Positions 58,001 through 64,000 of a stretch of DNA of 64,000 nucleotides are shown here, piece after piece. The stretch comes from Monocercomonoides exilis PA203 (taxonomy: Eukaryota; Protista; Preaxostyla): contig LSRY02000003.1 in the NCBI GenBank assembly GCA_001643675.2, positions 868,001 to 932,000 of the forward strand. The letters are read 5' to 3'. Every line of letters begins with the position of its first letter. Position 1 is the stretch's first letter. The notes beneath the pieces were generated by a model, which was not told where the DNA came from, did no database searches, and was given only the letters and a program-made list of their open reading frames with translations. The translations under genes and the position numbers were made by a program.

Positions 58001-61000
58001 AGCCAGGGCACCCGGAATCCCTCTCTATCCCGCTCAGAGAGCATCTTTCCCTCGTCCGCTTGCTCCGCATCTCCAGAGGCTTCAACATCGTCATCTCGCG
58101 CCAGTCTGCCGCCAACCTCGCCCAGCTGCAGCGCCTGCTGATGCACCGGCAGTTCCTCGACTACTTCCTCAGCGAATACAAAAACTTCTGCCTCAAATGC
58201 AAGCCGCTCTATCAGAAGATGCTCAGCCGCAAGCTCTCTGTTGTGGAGCGCAATGTGCAGCGAGGGATTTCTCAAGTCACGTGGCAGTCCGCCGAGCTCG
58301 CCCGCTTCTCAGACAGCTGCCTCGAGTCGCTGGCAGAGCTGAAGAAGGACGTGCAGATTCTGAAGACAAACCGCGCGATTCTGAAAGGCGAGGTGGATGC
58401 GCTGGCTGCAGCGCTCGTGTTTGAGCTGCCGCGCGTCTTGCAGAAGGAGGAGGAATTTATGGCGTATATGGAGCGGGTGATGGCAAGCCGGCTGGACGAT
58501 CTGAAGGTGTTCAACGAGCGGCTTAAAAGGCTCACACAGAACATGCGCCCGGAGATGCTCCGCGCGCAGTTCGATCCAGACGGCATGGAAGAGTTCTTCT
58601 CCCGCTTCGATGCGAAGAAGATGCGGGTAACACAGAGATTTGCCGTCGAGACGCTGAAGCACGTACTTGCAAGGATCAGATCTGATGTGCCTTTAATTGA
58701 GCTTCCACTGACGATTTCAAAGGGAAAGCTGAATCTGCAGCTGAAAAGCAGCAAGCGTCTTTTACTGTCTTCTCGGTTTGCAACACCTTATTCCTCTTCA
58801 ACTGCCTTTTTTTCCGGTGGAGCACGACATGACGGAGATAGAGAACACAACAGACGCAACACCATCACTTCCACTCTAAGTTCACTGGAGCTTGAGAGAA
58901 TCGACGAGGCAATGCCAGAAAACGAGGGGAATACTGAAGGAAACAATTTAAGGAATTCAGATAAAGAAGAAAGACAAAGGAGAAACATTTACGAGGCAGA
59001 TGCACGCGAAGCAGAGAGAAATAATGGAAGCAGTAGCAACGGCAACGGCGGAGGGAGAGGAAACAACGAGATCCATCTGGTGGAGTTGTTTGACGGGCTG
59101 ATGAACTTCCTGTCCGAAATCACCGACAATGAAGAGATTGAAGAAGCGAATCAGATTGCTTCGCAGCTGTCGTCTGAGCTGATTGCATCAGAAAGGCTGT
59201 GCAATCAGTTCACCGAGAAAATGATTGTCGAATACGCCGAGCTTTGGACAAACACCTCGCAGGAGCGATTTGACAGGTTTCTGACAATTCCCGTCGTTGC
59301 TGTGAATGATGAGCCGACAGTGCCACATATCCCACCTTCGTTTGAGGAGCTGAGCGTGATCAGCACACATTTGAGTGTTGAGAAGGAGAAGTGGAATGAG
59401 AAAAACCAAATTAAAGTCGATTCTATTTCTTTGCCTTTCCTAAAGATCAAAAGTTCGCGTTATTCAAAGCAATCAACAAAGAATCCACTTGCAATGGCTC
59501 CATTAACAAACCAGTCAAATACATCTTTTATTCCTGCTTATTCAACCACATCTCTGCAAACAACTTCCTCTTCTGCTTCTGCATCACAATCTGCTTCTTC
59601 TTCCTCTTCTTCCTCTTCTTCCTCTTCTTCTTCTGCATATTCCATATCTTCATCAACCTCATCTCCATTAGGCAAAATGAATTCATTTTCCGTTCCTGCC
59701 TCAAGTGCAGGATCCAAACACCCCCCAAAACAATCAGATAGCACAGCCAACCCGCCTCTTCGCGAGTGGCTGGAGCACATCGACGCCATCAAGGAGACCA
59801 ACGACAGCATCACCAACCTTCCGCACCACATCTCGCTGGGATGGATCTGCGTAAACACCGTCACGTTCAAACGGGACATCCTCACTCGCTCGACGAAGTG
59901 GGGGCTGCCGTTCACCCAGTTTCTGATTGACGGAATTGAAAAGTCGACTGCAGAAGGCTCAAAGACACTGACGACCATTCGGTACAACTTCGACCTCACA
60001 TTCACTCACTTGACTACGATGCAGAAGATTGAGGTGATCAATGCAACGAGGAAGGCCACTGACGATGCTCCTGCTTTTGATTTGTTCTTTCAGAAGCTGC
60101 ACACTCGGCTGATGCATCTGGAGCGTTCGCTATCTGTCTGCCCGCACGAAGTGACTGCACACATTGCGAATTTTGAGAGGCAGTGGAAGACGTTCAAACA
60201 GAGTCAAGTGAAGGCATATCTTGACCACATCCAGCTTATGGAAAGGGAAGTGCTGAATGAAATATCACAGAGAGAGATCACTGCAAACGAAAAGATACAA
60301 ACACTCATTCAGATTTTGAGTGATCCTTCACAAACACCTCTGCATTCCACTACTGATTCGCTTCTTGCACTGAGTCAGATGGAAGCACTGGAATCAATGG
60401 TTGTGCAATTAGAAGGAAGAATAGATGAAATCATTGCGCTGCGGGCGAAGTTTAACAAACAAGGTAGTGAAAAACGTCCAGTGGCCATTCAGAGCTATCG
60501 GATGTTTATCAGCGCCCTCACAACTCTCTGGGAAGTGATGTTTTCGATGCGACAGTCTCTTGACGAAGGGCTGTTTTTAATGACGTGGGGAGAGTTGCTG
60601 GCATACCCAGCACAGGCAAACTACTTCGAAAAGGCGGATGAAGCAATCGATGGAATAAGAGAACAACTGAAGTCTGTTGAAGCGTATCAGTTGTTCAGCA
60701 AGCAGCTTGTTGGATACTCGAAATCGTGGAAGATTATCAATGCCATCCGCATCTCTCCAATGCAACGATGCCACTGGGAGGAGATGTTCCAGCAAATGGG
60801 GCTTCCGGACAACAAGGTGACAGAATATGTGGAAGGTGCTGTTGATGGTTCATTGCAGCTGTCTGTACTTTTTGATATATGCACTGAAGCAGTTCAGCCA
60901 GCAATTATGAAAGTGCTGGAGAAGTGCAGAAAACAGGCTGATCTCAAAGAGCAGATTGATGAAATTTTGTCGCGCTGGAATCGGATGCAGCTTCCATTCA

Positions 61001-64000
61001 CGGCAGAGTCGATGGCTGCCATGGCTTCTTATTATGCTGAGGTAGAAGACACTTCTGCATCTATTTCAATGTCATCTGCAATATCTCCAGGCAGAGAAGG
61101 AGAACTTGCCCGCGATAAACGCAAAGGAAAAGTGAGGAAAAAAGGTGCTAAAAAAGGAACGACACGCAACAGATGCCCGTTTCCAGTTGTCATCATGGAC
61201 CAATGCTCATCTCTCATTGCGCAATCAATTGCAGATTTTCATGTTTTGGCAAAGTTGTCTCTTTGCGAATATTCAAACGATGTTAGCGACGAACTGGGAG
61301 AGGCACAAGAGATGGTCACACGAGTGTCCAACTTCCTATACAATTTATTCAAAATGCACAAGTTGACTACACAGTTGCGATCAGGAATAAGATACGGTAT
61401 TTTTTCTGAAGGAGATGCATCCACCTGCAACCTGCTTGACAGAATGTCTGAGTTGGCAATGCAAATCAGGCCGATCGTCAGCACAGGCGATCCAGAAATT
61501 GGCGCAACGACGCGTATATTTCATTCTCTGTTTGATGAGATCCATTCCATCTTTGCTGAATCTCCTAACCTTCGAGGCAAAGAAATCGCATCTCAAAAGC
61601 CAAGATTCCTTGCTTTGACTGCAAGTGAGCTGATATCATACACATCATCATTTGTCGATTTCACTGTCAAATGTGTTATTCCACCAGAGATCCTTAATCG
61701 TTTTCTTCCCGGAGCACGCTCACTTGACATAGAGACATCTGAAGACGGACAGTCTCTTGTCGTAACAACTCTCACATGCACAACTGGAGAAAAGCTTTTG
61801 TTCACAGAAGACCCGCTCATCCTCAGCTCTGACATCTGGGCACTGCCAGAGCAGCTGTTTGCAACGACTTCTGTGATTATTCAAAAGCAAATTTCACTCG
61901 CTGTGGCATCGCTTAATCAGTTCAACTCATTTTTCGACTGGTTTACATCTCTTCTCATGCAGTACAATGATGTTGAGAGCTATCCGCTTCAAATTCAGGT
62001 ATTTGGGCTTACGATTCGGGTGTGGTACACAACACAATTATTGAAAGTGATCAAAGACATTCAAGAAGAGAACTGGGAAGATGTTACAAAGGACTTCACA
62101 CAGTTTCATCTGACAAACCACCGATGCCTCGCTTTTCTGATGACTCTGCAAAGAACAATCCAGCCATTTGATTCGCAGAGATTGTTTGTGACTCAACTCA
62201 TTGATTCAGTTGTGTCCGACGAAAAAGAACAGGATGTCTCTTCAAAAGAAGGCGCTGTGGAAGGTTCGTTAAATGCAGACGACGAAGAAGCTACTGCGGG
62301 TGATGGAATCAACAAACGATCCTCTCCACAAAGAGTTCTCAGAGTGTTTAGTGGCATTTCTACTCCAGCTTCATCCGAACAGATGGACGACACAACAACA
62401 GATGCTCAGAGCAGTTCAAGTAGAGATCACACAGAAGCGAAAAGTGAGAGCAAGTCAGGCAAAAGCTCCTCAAGACAACAATATGGTCAGAAGCACATGA
62501 GTGATGATGATGAAGATGATGAACAGATTTTTGAAGGTTTTGATGATTCTACACAGAACTCGGAGTACGATGAAGATGATATATCTGGCAGATCAGATAA
62601 CGATGTTGACGATGCAAGTGAAGAAAGGCACAACTCTTCAGTTGTTGGAAGCTCTTTCATGAAGCGTAAAAACGCTCAAATAGAGCTTTTCAGAACACTC
62701 GTAAAGAGACTTATCTATCTATTTTTTCTATTCTGTCTTTACGATATCGATCACTTGCGTCTTATCAAAGCTTCAGGCATCCCTCTCTCAAGAGATATTC
62801 ACACAACACATATATTCACTAATTATACAGGAGCAACATTTAACGAATCACATAGCGAGTTCAAGCCATCCGACCTAAACAACTCGCAAAAATCACTTGT
62901 AACAACATTGTCCAATAGACTTTTGTTCACATTTGACGAAGCTCAACAGAACATCTTGCTGACAGCAGCAAATACAGATCTCACACTGGATCAGAACGAC
63001 GAACGGCAGAAGTTGTGGTATGGACTTGAGTGGATCCCTTCCACAAAGGCACTACAGACGCTTCCTATTGTGTGGCCTACACAGCAGTGGAAAGACCAGT
63101 TAGTCGCCCTCACGTTTGATGCGAACCGGCCAGGCGCGACTAACAGCGGGCCTCTTGTGGTTGTCAAAGATGCACAGTATTCTCTGTGCATGGCGCACCT
63201 CAGAGACATCTCCACGCTGACGGGACACAATTTGAGGTCGTTTGAGTGCACGCCTGGAACGGACATCAACTCCATCAAGCGCTTTCTGCTTTCGATGTTT
63301 GTTGACTCCAGATTCATTGTCTTCAGCGGAATCGAGCTGTTGACTCCGTTTGTGAGGAGATCATTGGTTGATTTTCTGAAGCAGCTTTGGGACTGGCGCC
63401 GCTGCCAGGAATCGTCGCAGCCTGGTTTCGCACAGCTGAGTCTCGAAGGCCTCAGCGTTACAATTTCTGTGCCGCTTGGGAACTTTGTGGTGATTGGTGT
63501 GTATGTGTCGGAAACATCTCTCCAAAATTCACTTCCTGACGGAATCGATTCTGTTATGATGCCGATGATGATGCCAGACTTTCAAAAGAGTGATTGGCTG
63601 GCGCCTCTTTTTGCTGCGCAAGGTTTTGTGAGCTTTGCAAGTCTGTCTTTGAAAACTGACTCTTATCTTGATGCACTGAAAGAATTGCTTCTGTACGAAT
63701 TCAAAGAATCGAACGATCAAATTAATGCAAAGCTCTCTTCGTTAAGCTTTCTGGAAAGCATCACACAGTTGGCTGGTGATCGCCACAGAACATTGATTCA
63801 CTCAACTGCTGCGGCACATGGTGACAGAGGAAAGATTTACGAACGAACTTTAGCTTTTCCATTTGAATCTCACAAGCAAAGCTTTTTCATGGAGATTCAG
63901 TATTTAGAGGAGCTGACATGCCACGATGCACTGTGGGAAATAAGCGAGCAACTTTTCAGCATTTTAGCCCCACTTTCACTCATTGACCCAACGCATTCAT
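55046..64000 (+). CDS. Highly divergent dynein heavy chain-like protein, 5' part (>2900 aa, runs off the window); degenerate AAA1
   Basis: Exon 1 is 55046-55588, followed by phase-0 intron 55589-55659. The frame from 55660 was open wherever spot-checked through 64000. Tail motifs EFWAKR and LPHHISLGWICVN..K..W, linker MQRCHW..KQADLKEQIDEILSRW, and AAA1 scaffold YGLEW, FEC..D, LPD and GF..LSLK occur in dynein order. Confidence 0.82.

Noticed and set aside
55656-63720. Numerous short ORFs on both strands in the ORF track
   Set aside because: All overlap the single long + frame starting at 55660.

Overview
AT-rich, intron-containing eukaryotic DNA using the standard genetic code. The gene families and low-complexity Ser/Glu-rich proteins point to an oxymonad such as Monocercomonoides; this is inferred, not verified. 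Seven intact-looking genes are present: a 1664-aa Glu/Lys-rich protein; a ~3030-aa beta-helix surface receptor with a pseudokinase tail; a SMYD-type SET/MYND methyltransferase; a kinase-less paralog of the receptor; a 219-aa secreted Gly/Cys/Asn/Tyr-rich protein; a MYND plus MSS51/ZMYND15-like protein; and a giant gene from 55046 running off the window end. That last gene, whose 8.3-kb second exon is absent from the ORF track, has dynein heavy chain architecture, but its AAA1 Walker A/B motifs are lost. Mobile DNA includes two decayed intron-containing pogo-type (DD35D) transposons and several foldback/MITE families. There is also a 5.9-kb Merlin (IS1595/ISXO2-like) element with ~184-bp TIRs that carries host pseudogene cargo and joins non-contiguous flanks, and a 736-bp palindrome built around a MITE. 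No rRNA, tRNA or CRISPR array was recognised.
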